Origin: an uncultured bacterium
GTDB lineage: Bacteria; Verrucomicrobiota; Lentisphaeria; Victivallales; UBA1829
DNA: 64,000 bases
Direction: 5' to 3'
Assembly: GCA_900548385.1 (NCBI GenBank)
Contig: URKJ01000008.1
Coordinates: 43,585 to 107,584 of the forward strand
The notes beneath the pieces are model-generated. The model did no database searches, was not told where the DNA came from, and saw only the letters and a program-made list of their open reading frames with translations. The translations under genes and the position numbers were made by a program. This document shows, piece by piece, positions 47,721 through 57,050 of this stretch; the first letter of the stretch is position 1, and every line of letters begins with the position of its first letter.

Positions 47721-49541
47721 TCAGTCGGCGTTCTCTTCCTGAACGCCGACCTGTTCCGCTATGCGCTGGCCGGGAGATTGCAGAGCGCCGATGTATGGAA
47801 ACTGTTCCGGAGCGCCGGGCACTTTGACCGCGGGCTCAAAATCCATCGGGAGAAAAGAGTTCCTGTCCCAGCCGGGCAGCAGTGAATCCGGCTGTTTGCG
47901 CATCTGATCCCGGAGGACCGCCGGAGCCTGCGGATTCATCCATACCACACGGTTGTTGAAGCAGCGGTAGTGAAATACTCCGCCGTCGCCTTTGCGCACC
48001 GCTTTCGGATGACGGATTCCCGCGGCGATGACCAGATTGTTGCAGAACAGCACATTGTCCAGTTTCTGCGTATCTCCGCCCAGATCGACGAACAGTCGCG
48101 TGGTGGGGTCGATAATCGTGTTGTTGAAGATCAGCAGGCCGGGCAGGGAAAGATGTCGGCGGTCGATATTTTTCAATGTCTTTTTCAATTTGGGGAATTC
48201 CCATTGTCTGGCCTGGATTCCGATTTTGAAAGAGCCGCCGCCACCGCCCCAGATACGGTTTTCCGGAGTGCGTGCAAACAGGTTCTGATAGACGTAAACC
48301 GGACCTGGCCATGGCGGGCCATCCAGCGGCTGGAGGGAGATGCTCTGGTAAACGTCAAGGAAACGGTTGCGGCGGATATGACAGTTCCTTGCATGGTTTT
48401 CCGTTTCGATGGCATTATCCACGCAGCGCGCGTACAGATTGCCTTCAAAAATGGTGTTTTCTCCATAGTTGAGGTTGGCAACCGCATCGAAACAGTCGTG
48501 GATATAACAGTTGCGGACCGTCCAGTTGCGTCCGGCCTGACGGATGATTCCGGTTTCATAGGAGTGTGCCGCTCCCTCTTTCCGGCTTTTGTGGACCCAG
48601 TACCGGGTCCAGTGAAAATTCCCGTCCGGCGGATTCGCTTTGAGCGTTCCGGAACGGACTTCCGTAATCAGCTCTTTGATGTCGTCGAAAATCGGGAACG
48701 AGTGCCATTCGCAGAATTCAACGGTGATGTCAGCGCTGGCATTTTTCAGTTGCGGGCCGTCCGGAGTTCTGCCGACGACTCCGCCCGCAAGGCAGCCGGA
48801 AAAAAGACAGTTCCGGATAATGACGCCGTTTCCGGAGACATAGATCGCAGTGCGGCCGGGTGTCTCAAAGGTGAGACCGTTGATTTCCACATTCAAATCC
48901 TGTCCGGCGTTTCCGAGCAGACCGAAATTATAGGACCGGGAATCCGGTTTTTCCCCGTCCCCCTGCGGCATGACGCGGGGCGAAACTGCGATCGTGTGCC
49001 GGTTCGGATCCGCCGGGCCGTATTTGCCGTCCGGACGCAGGCGGACGAACAGTTTGCCGTTCCGGTGATAGAATCCGTGCCGGGGACCGGGAACTCCGGG
49101 ACGCGCCTCGAAAGTCATAAGGGCATTCAGCGAGCAATACGGAAAAAGATCGGTCCCGCTGTACAGGATTCTTCCGGGGCGGACAGGATGGTCGATGCAC
49201 CAGGTTCCGGTCGTTTGGTCGAACAGACGCCATTTCCGTTCTCCGCGCCGGATTGCCGGATCGGCTCCGGTGACGATGACGCGGTTTTTCTGTATCCTGT
49301 CCGCCCGGAATATGACGGGGGCTCCCGGTTTGCCGAAGCGTTTCAGCCGGACCGTTTCAAAATAGACTCCCGGAGCGATCAGTACCGTGTCGCCGGGATT
49401 GACGCAGTCCGCCGCCTGCTGAATGGTGCGGAACGGACGCGATGCCGTGCCGTCGCCGCCTGCTTGTGCGGAAGCATTCACATACAGCGTGGTGGCGGAG
49501 CAGAAACAGGGCAGAGCGAAAAGCAGAAACAGAATTTTCAT
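47721..49541 (-). CDS. Secreted right-handed parallel beta-helix protein (pectate-lyase-fold glycan-active enzyme)
   Basis: Signal peptide MKILFLLFALPCFCSA. The characteristic N-terminus TLYVNASAQAGGDGTASRPFRTIQQAADCVNPGDTVLIAPGVY. Repeated N/G-rich beta-helix turns. Confidence 0.8.
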   Translation of the reverse strand: MKILFLLFALPCFCSATTLYVNASAQAGGDGTASRPFRTIQQAADCVNPGDTVLIAPGVYFETVRLKRFGKPGAPVIFRADRIQKNRVIVTGADPAIRRGERKWRLFDQTTGTWCIDHPVRPGRILYSGTDLFPYCSLNALMTFEARPGVPGPRHGFYHRNGKLFVRLRPDGKYGPADPNRHTIAVSPRVMPQGDGEKPDSRSYNFGLLGNAGQDLNVEINGLTFETPGRTAIYVSGNGVIIRNCLFSGCLAGGVVGRTPDGPQLKNASADITVEFCEWHSFPIFDDIKELITEVRSGTLKANPPDGNFHWTRYWVHKSRKEGAAHSYETGIIRQAGRNWTVRNCYIHDCFDAVANLNYGENTIFEGNLYARCVDNAIETENHARNCHIRRNRFLDVYQSISLQPLDGPPWPGPVYVYQNLFARTPENRIWGGGGGSFKIGIQARQWEFPKLKKTLKNIDRRHLSLPGLLIFNNTIIDPTTRLFVDLGGDTQKLDNVLFCNNLVIAAGIRHPKAVRKGDGGVFHYRCFNNRVVWMNPQAPAVLRDQMRKQPDSLLPGWDRNSFLPMDFEPAVKVPGAPEQFPYIGALQSPGQRIAEQVGVQEENAD

Positions 49542-49543
49542 TG

Positions 49544-50263
49544 TCAGTCCTTTTTATAATGCCAGAATGTCTGGAAGCCGGCAGCGTTGGAGTTGACGCT
49601 GGCGCCCGCGTAACGGGTAGGATTGCTCAGACTCCCCGCGTGTCCGTCCAGATAGAGAATATTCGGGTACAACTGATGCCGGAAGGAGGCGGCGAGCAGA
49701 TATTTCCGGTAGCTCGCGGCATGGCTGACCATATAGTTCGTCCCGGAACCGTCCCCGGTATCATCGGCGGTGTCTGCCATGATGCAGATTTGCGACAGAT
49801 TTTTCAAGCGGTCTGGTTTCAGAAAATTAAGGTTGAAATTGAAGCCGAAACTGTAAAAACCCGGATTGCTCGCAAGCCCGTCGTCGGACGGATTGGAGTC
49901 CGATGGACAGAGCAGGAGTTTCGCCATGGTCTCTCTGGGAACCTGGACGCCGTTGACAAACGGGCTGCTGTCGTAACGGACCCATGGACGGGTTCCGGAA
50001 AGCACGGTGCTCGGCATGGCGCTGGAAAACAGAAAACCGTCGTTTGCATCCGTATAGAAACTGCAGAATGTTCCGATCTGTTTCAGATTCCCGGTGCATG
50101 CGATTCTGTTTGCTCTCATCCGTGCGCGGTTCAGGGCCGGAAGCAGCATTGAAACAAGTATTGATATGACAGAAATGACGATCAGAAGTTCTATAAGAGA
50201 AAAGTGTCGGCATCTGCCGGAAGGAAGTTCGGATTTGAACGGTTTACGGATGAACGGGTTCAT
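49544..50263 (-). CDS. Prepilin-type N-terminal cleavage/methylation domain protein with H-X9-DG motif (pseudopilin-like)
   Basis: [24 protein letters not shown] pilin-type N-terminus and C-terminal [12 protein letters not shown]. The start overlaps the regulator stop (ATGA). Confidence 0.85.
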   Translation of the reverse strand: MNPFIRKPFKSELPSGRCRHFSLIELLIVISVISILVSMLLPALNRARMRANRIACTGNLKQIGTFCSFYTDANDGFLFSSAMPSTVLSGTRPWVRYDSSPFVNGVQVPRETMAKLLLCPSDSNPSDDGLASNPGFYSFGFNFNLNFLKPDRLKNLSQICIMADTADDTGDGSGTNYMVSHAASYRKYLLAASFRHQLYPNILYLDGHAGSLSNPTRYAGASVNSNAAGFQTFWHYKKD

Positions 50264-51327
50264 GGCTTGCCTCCTGTGGGATATGTGTTATGCTTGACGG
50301 AATGCTTTTTTCCGGTTTTTTCTGTGTTTTCTTCCACGGGTTCCTCCAGATGAAGTTCTGTACTGATATAGATCCGGCGCGCGGTGCCGTCGGGGGACGT
50401 GAGCCGCCGGTACAATTCATCGACGGCGGCGATTCCCGCCTGCCGCCAGTTCAGGGCGATTGTCGGCATTGCTGTCGGATGGCTGTAGTGAAACATCGGC
50501 CGGCCGTCCATGCACAGCACGGTATGGTCTTCCGCAAGCGTTCTTCCGCAGAGTGCGTGATAATTGAGTGCGTCGTGATATGCGTTGGCTCCGAATACAT
50601 AGAGGTAGCCGCAGGCGGGATCGAACTCTGCGACCGGGGCGGAAACTTCCGTGCAGATCTCGCCGGGAAGATTCCACAGGGAACGGAAGACCAGTTCCCG
50701 GAATGCGTAATTCTGACGGTTGGAGATGATGAGGAAGATCCGTTTTTTATTCCGGGAACGGAAAAACTCCGCCGCGAGTTCGGCGGAACGCACGGGATCA
50801 AGGTCTATCACGGAGAAGATTCCGCCGTAGGTGTTGTGCATGACCAGCCCGACCATGGGCGTTCGCGGTTTCGGCTGGTGCAGGACGGAGTCGTAACCGC
50901 CCAGCAGGATTGTGCCGCTGCTTTTCCGGGAGATCGAATCCAGCACGTTGTCATTGAATTCCGATGCAAGAAAGAAATGATGCTGCATTTTCAGTCCCAG
51001 TTCCTGAATCCGGCGTTTGACACCGGAAACGGCGATCCCGGTCAAATTCCGGTCTTGTCCCTCTGAGAACGGAACGGATACCACGGAGATCCGTTTTCCG
51101 CGTTCCTGCTGCCGGTGTTCCGTAACATAGCAGCCGGAACCGTGCCGCAGTTCCACCAGACCGAGCTTTGCCAGATGCTCCATCGTCCGCCGGGCGGTCG
51201 GCAGGGAAACGTGAAACAGTTCTGCGAACCGCCGCAGAGAGGGCAGGCGTTCTCCGGCGCCATATCCGCCGCAGATGATTTTTGCTCCCACGAAGCGGTA
51301 AAGATTTTCCTGTTTTTTCTGACTCAT
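50260..51327 (-). CDS. GntR-type winged-helix regulator fused to a sugar-binding (PBP-like) domain
   Basis: [41 protein letters not shown], followed by a LacI/PBP-like C-terminal domain. 355 aa. Confidence 0.82.
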   Translation of the reverse strand: MSQKKQENLYRFVGAKIICGGYGAGERLPSLRRFAELFHVSLPTARRTMEHLAKLGLVELRHGSGCYVTEHRQQERGKRISVVSVPFSEGQDRNLTGIAVSGVKRRIQELGLKMQHHFFLASEFNDNVLDSISRKSSGTILLGGYDSVLHQPKPRTPMVGLVMHNTYGGIFSVIDLDPVRSAELAAEFFRSRNKKRIFLIISNRQNYAFRELVFRSLWNLPGEICTEVSAPVAEFDPACGYLYVFGANAYHDALNYHALCGRTLAEDHTVLCMDGRPMFHYSHPTAMPTIALNWRQAGIAAVDELYRRLTSPDGTARRIYISTELHLEEPVEENTEKTGKKHSVKHNTYPTGGKP

Positions 51328-51666
51328 GATCCGGCTGTCCTTCCTTTGGAATTTAATCTAACCGCTCCGTGTGATTCTGTCAAACCGGATTATGGAAAAA
51401 GTGTTTCGGTATTTTTCTGTATTTGCTGTATATGCAATACACGAACGAGCGGAAAAGTGTTTCGTTTTCCGTTGTGTCTGACCGTTTGTTTTTGCGCGTT
51501 TATATGTTGAATTTCCATTCCCGGTTTTTTTCCGGTATTATGATGGGTTCTGCATCTGTGATGAATTTTCTGCATTGATACTGGGAACTTTGGTATTTGC
51601 GGTTGGAATATTTTGGTAAAATAATTATTTTTTTGAAAATCTGCTGTTGTTTTTTCGGGAAAATGT

Positions 51667-51674
51667 TGTATAAT
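51667..51674 (+). promoter_or_regulatory. Candidate extended -10 promoter element (TGTATAAT)
   Basis: TGTATAAT lies 53 nt upstream of the ATG at 51727, in a 399-bp AT-rich intergenic region. Confidence 0.4.
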
Positions 51675-51726
51675 TATGTCAAGGGAATAGTCTTGCAAGC
51701 CTATTGTTGAGAGTGGAGCACGGAAT

Positions 51727-53328
51727 ATGTGGTGGAAATGGAATCCGGCGGAAATGTGTCGGAGAGCGTGGCGTTCGTATCCGGCGGCATGGAATGCGGA
51801 GGATTGTATGTTTGCCGTTTGTTCCGGTCTTCTGCCGTTGCTGCTGATGGTGTTTTTTTACACCAGGAACGTTTTTGTCGTGGAATTCTGGCCGTGTATG
51901 CTGAATGCCGCGTTCATTTCTGTTCTCTGCCTGACGGTTTTTGCCGGGGTCCGTTTTTTGTTCCGCAGCGGAGAGCTTGCGTTTTGCGGAGCGCTGCTGA
52001 CGGTATTTTTCTTTTTTTCTTACGGGGAGTACAACGGTCTGGTTATAGATATTCTGCCGTTCGGGGTTACTTCCGCATATCTGCTGCTTCTTGCGGGAAT
52101 ATTTTGCCTGGCAGCCTGGCTGTTTGCGGGAAAGCGGATCCGGTTCAAGCCGTGGGTTGTGCACTGCCTGACGATCGGAACGGTGGCACTTTTTCTGATT
52201 CAATGCGGAAAGGCGTTGCCGGTAATGATCAAAAGCGAGAGGCTGGGCTATCGCTGCGACTGGCGGCCAATGACCGATCCGGCGCTTCCCTCTCCGGATA
52301 TTCATTGGATTCATTGTGACGGCATGTTGGGGTTTGATTCTTTTCAGACCTGTTATCAGGACCGTCAGGAGGAGTTTCAGCGCTTTCTGGAGCAAAACGG
52401 ATTTGAGGTTTACCGGAGTGCCTCGTTTAACGCTCTGAGAAGGACCGTTTGCGCGCTTCCGGCTCTGATGAGCCCCGCGTTTTATGACCGGTATCTGGGG
52501 CATCATATCGACTCGCAGACGAACCTGTTTCGTTTTCTGGGGGAGAATAAGCGGATTTTTGATTATCACCGTCTGATGCAGAATGAATTATATTGTTCTT
52601 TTTCGGCAAAGGGGTACCGGTTGCATTTTCCTGTCAGGCAGACGAAATATATCGGGTATGTGAGAGAAAGAGCGGAACTCCGCAGTATGCTGTGGAAAGC
52701 GACATGCGATGAAACCGGATGTTTTTTCGGCTATTTGAATCAATGGATGCCGTTGTCTCTTTTTCTTTCTGCGCCGGATGCCGACGAGGCCCTGTATTCT
52801 CCGGAAGCTGTTGCCGCATTCTGGGGGAAAGAGATTGCAGGATCGGCATTCGGGAAAGGCAATATGTCCTACTTGTCCGGATGTATGGACGCGCTCGAAG
52901 TCGAATCTCCGAAACTGGTTGTTTACAACCATGAGGTGGCGCATTATCCGTATATTTATGACCGGAACGGCAATTTGCGGAATGTTGACAAAAAGAATAC
53001 CGATCCGGAAAATTATCCGGAACAGCACCGGTTTTCGGCGGCGTTTCTGAGGCGGATGATTACCCGTATTGTGGAGTCGGATCCCGATGCCGTCATCGTC
53101 GTTCAGGCGGACCACGGTCTGCACGGTACAACGGAGGCGCAGATATACCGGGCGTTCGGCAAGGGAGCCGTTCCGGCGGATCTTTGGAACCACACGATCA
53201 GTGCGGTGCGTGTGCCGCTGAAATACCGGAATGGAAACGAGGTGCGGATGAGAAATTCTCCGCTGAATATTTCCCGCTATCTGATCAATTCGTTTGTCGG
53301 ACGTGGAAATTATGAGTATCGGAACTGA
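51727..53328 (+). CDS. Membrane-anchored alkaline-phosphatase-superfamily protein (sulfatase/LtaS-like)
   Basis: About five N-terminal hydrophobic segments, then an extracytoplasmic-type domain with IHWIHCDGMLGFDSF and VVQADHGLHG (metal-ligand-like motifs). 533 aa. Confidence 0.55.
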   Translation: MWWKWNPAEMCRRAWRSYPAAWNAEDCMFAVCSGLLPLLLMVFFYTRNVFVVEFWPCMLNAAFISVLCLTVFAGVRFLFRSGELAFCGALLTVFFFFSYGEYNGLVIDILPFGVTSAYLLLLAGIFCLAAWLFAGKRIRFKPWVVHCLTIGTVALFLIQCGKALPVMIKSERLGYRCDWRPMTDPALPSPDIHWIHCDGMLGFDSFQTCYQDRQEEFQRFLEQNGFEVYRSASFNALRRTVCALPALMSPAFYDRYLGHHIDSQTNLFRFLGENKRIFDYHRLMQNELYCSFSAKGYRLHFPVRQTKYIGYVRERAELRSMLWKATCDETGCFFGYLNQWMPLSLFLSAPDADEALYSPEAVAAFWGKEIAGSAFGKGNMSYLSGCMDALEVESPKLVVYNHEVAHYPYIYDRNGNLRNVDKKNTDPENYPEQHRFSAAFLRRMITRIVESDPDAVIVVQADHGLHGTTEAQIYRAFGKGAVPADLWNHTISAVRVPLKYRNGNEVRMRNSPLNISRYLINSFVGRGNYEYRN

Positions 53329-53348
53329 CAACTGTAAGGAGGTTTCCC

Positions 53349-53543
53349 ATGTACATTGATCCCGGATTCGGGTCTCTGCTGTTTCAGGGGGTCGCGGCGT
53401 TTCTGGCGGCCTGCGTTGCTTATTTTGCATTCTGCAAAGCGAAAGTGCTTGGCGTGTTTCGACGGAAGAAGAAAGAGGAGGAAGATTCGTCTTCCGCTTC
53501 CGTCTCTCCTGCGGATACGGATGAAGACGGGTTTTTGAAATGA
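53349..53543 (+). CDS. Small single-pass membrane protein with acidic tail
   Basis: AAGGAGG RBS 6 nt upstream of the ATG. Hydrophobic GFGSLLFQGVAAFLAACVAYFAF, then a KKKEEEDSSS tail. The stop overlaps the next start (ATGA). Confidence 0.6.
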   Translation: MYIDPGFGSLLFQGVAAFLAACVAYFAFCKAKVLGVFRRKKKEEEDSSSASVSPADTDEDGFLK

Positions 53544-54913
53544 ACGATCCCGCGTCTTTCCGGGACCCCGCCGGAGTAGTGTTTTACGAGAACGGAATGG
53601 TGAAACGCCGGATCAATGCCTGCTATATGCCGCAGTACAGAAAACTGATCGGATCCGGACTGTACCGGGAACTCGTGGCTGCCGGGATGCTGGTCCCTCA
53701 CAGAGAACTGCCGGAAGAGAGCGGTCCGGAGGAGCTGGTGATCCGTCCGCTCCGGATTCCGATGATCTCCTATCCGTACGAGTGGTCATTCGGTATGCTG
53801 CGGGATGCGGCCTTGCTGACGCTGAGGGCCCATAAAACGGCTCTGCGGTACGGGATGTGTCTGAAAGATGCGTCCGCTTACAATATACAGTTCATTGCCG
53901 GACGTCCCCTGCTGATTGACACGCTTTCTTTTGAAGTGTATCAGGAGGGGGAGCCGTGGTGCGCGTATGGGCAGTTCTGCCGTCATTTTCTCGCGCCGCT
54001 GCTTCTGATGTGTCATACCGATCTGCGCCTGAATCAGCTGCTGCGGGTATATCTGGATGGAATTCCGCTTGATCTGGCGGACCGTCTGCTGAACGGAAAA
54101 GGCGGATGGACGGCGCGGGTGCATATCCGCTGGCACGCGCGCGCCGTGCAGAAACACGGTGAGGAGGTCCGGGAGCACTGCCGGAAAAGAGTGCGGCTCC
54201 CGATGTCCCGTCAGATCGCGATGATCGGGAGTCTGGAAAACGCGGTCAGCCGGCTGAAGCTGCGGAAGATCGTCACGGAGTGGGGCGATTACTATTCCGG
54301 AACGAATTATTCCGCCGGAGCCGCTGCCGGAAAACTGGAATGCGTGCGGAAGCTGCTGGCAGAAACCGGAGCCGGGACGGTCTGGGATTTCGGAGCGAAC
54401 GATGGAAGGTATACCCGGCTTGCGTTGAGCTCCAGGGCGTCTCTGGCGGTTGCGTTCGATATGGATCCCGTTGCGGTGGAACGCAACTACAATACGGTCC
54501 GCAAGAGCGGCGAACAGATTCTTCCGTTGCTGTTGGACTTGAGCAATCCGAGTCCGTCTATCGGTTTTGCGAACCGGGAGCGGACGGCTCTTCCGGCCCG
54601 CGGAACGCCGGATTGCATTCTGATGCTCGCAGTGATTCATCACCTCGCGATTTCGAACAACCTGCCGTTGCCGCGTATTGCGGAATGGCTCGGCGGGCTG
54701 ACGGCGTTTCTGATCATAGAGTTCGTACCGAAAGAGGATTCGCAGGTTCAGCGTCTTCTGCGGAACCGGGCGGATGTTTTTCCCGGCTACACGCAGGAGT
54801 CGTTTGAGAGGGAGTTTTCCCGCTTTTTCCAGTTGCGGCACCGGATCGCTCTGCCGGAGAGTCTGCGTACTCTTTATTTGTGGGAGCGCAGACCGGTACC
54901 GGATGAAAAATGA
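53540..54913 (+). CDS. Class I SAM-dependent methyltransferase with an N-terminal kinase-fold-like domain
   Basis: C-terminal motif I VWDFGANDGRYT. The N-terminal half has LKDASAYNIQF and LIDTLSF, reminiscent of a protein-kinase-like catalytic loop. 457 aa. Confidence 0.7.
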   Translation: MNDPASFRDPAGVVFYENGMVKRRINACYMPQYRKLIGSGLYRELVAAGMLVPHRELPEESGPEELVIRPLRIPMISYPYEWSFGMLRDAALLTLRAHKTALRYGMCLKDASAYNIQFIAGRPLLIDTLSFEVYQEGEPWCAYGQFCRHFLAPLLLMCHTDLRLNQLLRVYLDGIPLDLADRLLNGKGGWTARVHIRWHARAVQKHGEEVREHCRKRVRLPMSRQIAMIGSLENAVSRLKLRKIVTEWGDYYSGTNYSAGAAAGKLECVRKLLAETGAGTVWDFGANDGRYTRLALSSRASLAVAFDMDPVAVERNYNTVRKSGEQILPLLLDLSNPSPSIGFANRERTALPARGTPDCILMLAVIHHLAISNNLPLPRIAEWLGGLTAFLIIEFVPKEDSQVQRLLRNRADVFPGYTQESFEREFSRFFQLRHRIALPESLRTLYLWERRPVPDEK

Positions 54914-54921
54914 GGTATGAT

Positions 54922-54946
54922 TTCCCGGCGGAACTGCCGCCGGGAA
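54922..54946. terminator. Bidirectional terminator hairpin between convergent genes
   Basis: TTCCCGGCGG-AACTG-CCGCCGGGAA, a 10-bp perfect stem between the stops at 54913 (+) and 54959 (-). Confidence 0.55.
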
Positions 54947-54958
54947 TGTTTCCGGCTG

Positions 54959-56452
54959 TCAGCAGAGTCCCAGCCTTGCCATGATCTTGCCGACGGCTTC
55001 TCCGTCTCCGGTCGGTTCCGCTTCGGGTGTGCCGAGGATCTGATCCGGATTTTCTTTCTGATAGAACTGCCAGCATGGGGCGCCGTTTTTAATGAGTCCG
55101 TTCAGGCCGATATCCGCCATCGGATGGGTGGTGCAGCAGCTCGGACACCCGGAAATCCGGATTTTGTCGATGATCTGGTCCGCCAGCCGGATTTTTTCCT
55201 CTTCTTTTCCGTCAAAATACGCGTCAAGCGCCGCGCCGATGCTGTCGCCGAGTTCCGGAGAATTCCGGATGCCGATCTTGCAGACGGTGCAGCCGATGCA
55301 GGTCACGATCTGTCCGGCAAAGGATTTCAGAGTCGTATCCAGTTTCGGCAGCAGTTTCAGCAGGTCGTCGTAAAGCGCGGGGAGGGCGTCGGTCGGGAAA
55401 TCGACGAAATAGAAGTCGCGGGCGGGCGTCAGACGCAGTTCCGCAAGAGCATACTTTTCCATGATCCAGTGGAATGCTTCCAGGTCTTTGACCCGGAGAT
55501 TGCCGTGTGGAATGCGGACGTGCACCAGTGATTCCTCCGGCTTGGTGGACGGGCTGGTGTTCAGGCGCTTCCATGCGTCGAGTCCGGGGTTGAGATGGGC
55601 GCTGAAACTCTTCGGGAGAAGACGTTCGCGCGATTTCCCGAATTCCGGCTTCAGATCGGGCGCTTCGGCTTTTTCAAAGTAGGAAAGATAAAGTTTTTTG
55701 AACTCTTCCGCTCCGAGAGCTTTGACGATGTAGCGGATCCGCGCCATGGCGCGGTTCGTGCGGTTGCCGTGTTCCGAGAACAGGTCGATCATTGCTTTGG
55801 CAGCGGCGGCGGCTTTGGCGACGGGGATGAAATCAAGCAGCAGGACGCCTTCGGCGCTGTTGCGTCCGATTCCTCCTCCGCCCCAGACCCGGAATCCTTT
55901 CATGCCGTCTTTTTTGATGGCGAGGAAACCGAGGTCCTGAACCCGGACAAAGCGTTCGTCCTGCGGTGCGTCGAACATGGCGATTTTGATTTTGCGCGGA
56001 AGATGAAACGCGGATTCAACGGAGAAAATATATTTTTTCAGTTCTTCCGCGTAAGGATAAACATCGAAAACCGATTCTTTGCGGAGCCCTCCGAGCGGGG
56101 AGGTCAGAATATTGCGGAACGTGTCGCCGCCGCCTCCGCGGAACGGAAGACCGAGTTGGAGACAGAGATCAATGACCGCTTCAATTCGTGTCGGTTCGAC
56201 GTCGTGGAGCTGGATTGCCTCGCGGGTTGTCAGGTGCAGGAAACGCGCTTTCGAGCATTTGGCGATCTCGATGACCTTCTGCAGGTTTTCCCTGGAGACC
56301 CGGCCGCCGTTGATGCGCAGCCGCATCATGAACAAACCGTTTTTCTGCTGATAGATTCCGTAGGGCGAGAAAACACCCTTGATTTCCGCCGCGGTTCTGG
56401 TTCCGGCGAGAAACTCCCGGAGAGCCTCTTTTTCTTTCGTGTAGTCGTACAT
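54959..56452 (-). CDS. Nitrite/sulfite reductase family hemoprotein (4Fe-4S/siroheme type)
   Basis: SPYGIYQQKNGLFMMRLRINGGRV and TTREAIQLHDV repeats. Cys clusters TCIGCTVCKIG and ISGCPSCCTTH. 497 aa. Confidence 0.8.
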   Translation of the reverse strand: MYDYTKEKEALREFLAGTRTAAEIKGVFSPYGIYQQKNGLFMMRLRINGGRVSRENLQKVIEIAKCSKARFLHLTTREAIQLHDVEPTRIEAVIDLCLQLGLPFRGGGGDTFRNILTSPLGGLRKESVFDVYPYAEELKKYIFSVESAFHLPRKIKIAMFDAPQDERFVRVQDLGFLAIKKDGMKGFRVWGGGGIGRNSAEGVLLLDFIPVAKAAAAAKAMIDLFSEHGNRTNRAMARIRYIVKALGAEEFKKLYLSYFEKAEAPDLKPEFGKSRERLLPKSFSAHLNPGLDAWKRLNTSPSTKPEESLVHVRIPHGNLRVKDLEAFHWIMEKYALAELRLTPARDFYFVDFPTDALPALYDDLLKLLPKLDTTLKSFAGQIVTCIGCTVCKIGIRNSPELGDSIGAALDAYFDGKEEEKIRLADQIIDKIRISGCPSCCTTHPMADIGLNGLIKNGAPCWQFYQKENPDQILGTPEAEPTGDGEAVGKIMARLGLC

Positions 56453-56552
56453 GCTTCCTCCTCCGTTTTTCGATAAAAAGTACAGAAGAAATATACTTGT
56501 TTTTTCCCGGATTGCAATCTATATTATGCAGGAAACAGAAAGGATTTTTATC

Positions 56553-57050
56553 ATGCCGAAAACGATTCTGCTGATCCGCCACGCCAAGGCGCAGCCGTTC
56601 GGGCTTGTCCGTTGCGATTACGACCGGACTCTTGATCCGCGCGGGGTTCTGGAGGCAAGAAAGGCGGGTGCCGGATTGCGGAAACTGCAAATCTCTCCGC
56701 AGCTGTTTATGGCAAGTCCCGCGCCGCGCGCTCTTTATACGCTCCGCCTGATTCTGACGGAGATGAAACTGGATCCGGAACAGATTGTTACGGACCGTTC
56801 GATCTATGAGGGGGACCTTTCCGCTCTGCTGAATCTGGTCCGGGCATTTCCCGACGATGTTTCCTGTGCGATGTTCTGCGGGCACAATCCGGGAATTTCG
56901 GAATTGGTCGGTCATCTCTACAACAGTTACGCGCCGGCAATGTCCACATGCGAAGTCGTCGGGCTGACGCTGGAGACCGACCGCTGGATGGATGCCGGAC
57001 TCGTCCCCGCGGTCTGCGATTTCCGTATCACTTCCGGGCAGCGCGCATGA
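56553..57050 (+). CDS. Histidine-phosphatase superfamily protein (SixA-like)
   Basis: ILLIRHAKA (RHG-type motif) and CGHNPG. ATG at 56553. The track ORF upstream extension is rejected. Confidence 0.8.
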   Translation: MPKTILLIRHAKAQPFGLVRCDYDRTLDPRGVLEARKAGAGLRKLQISPQLFMASPAPRALYTLRLILTEMKLDPEQIVTDRSIYEGDLSALLNLVRAFPDDVSCAMFCGHNPGISELVGHLYNSYAPAMSTCEVVGLTLETDRWMDAGLVPAVCDFRITSGQRA

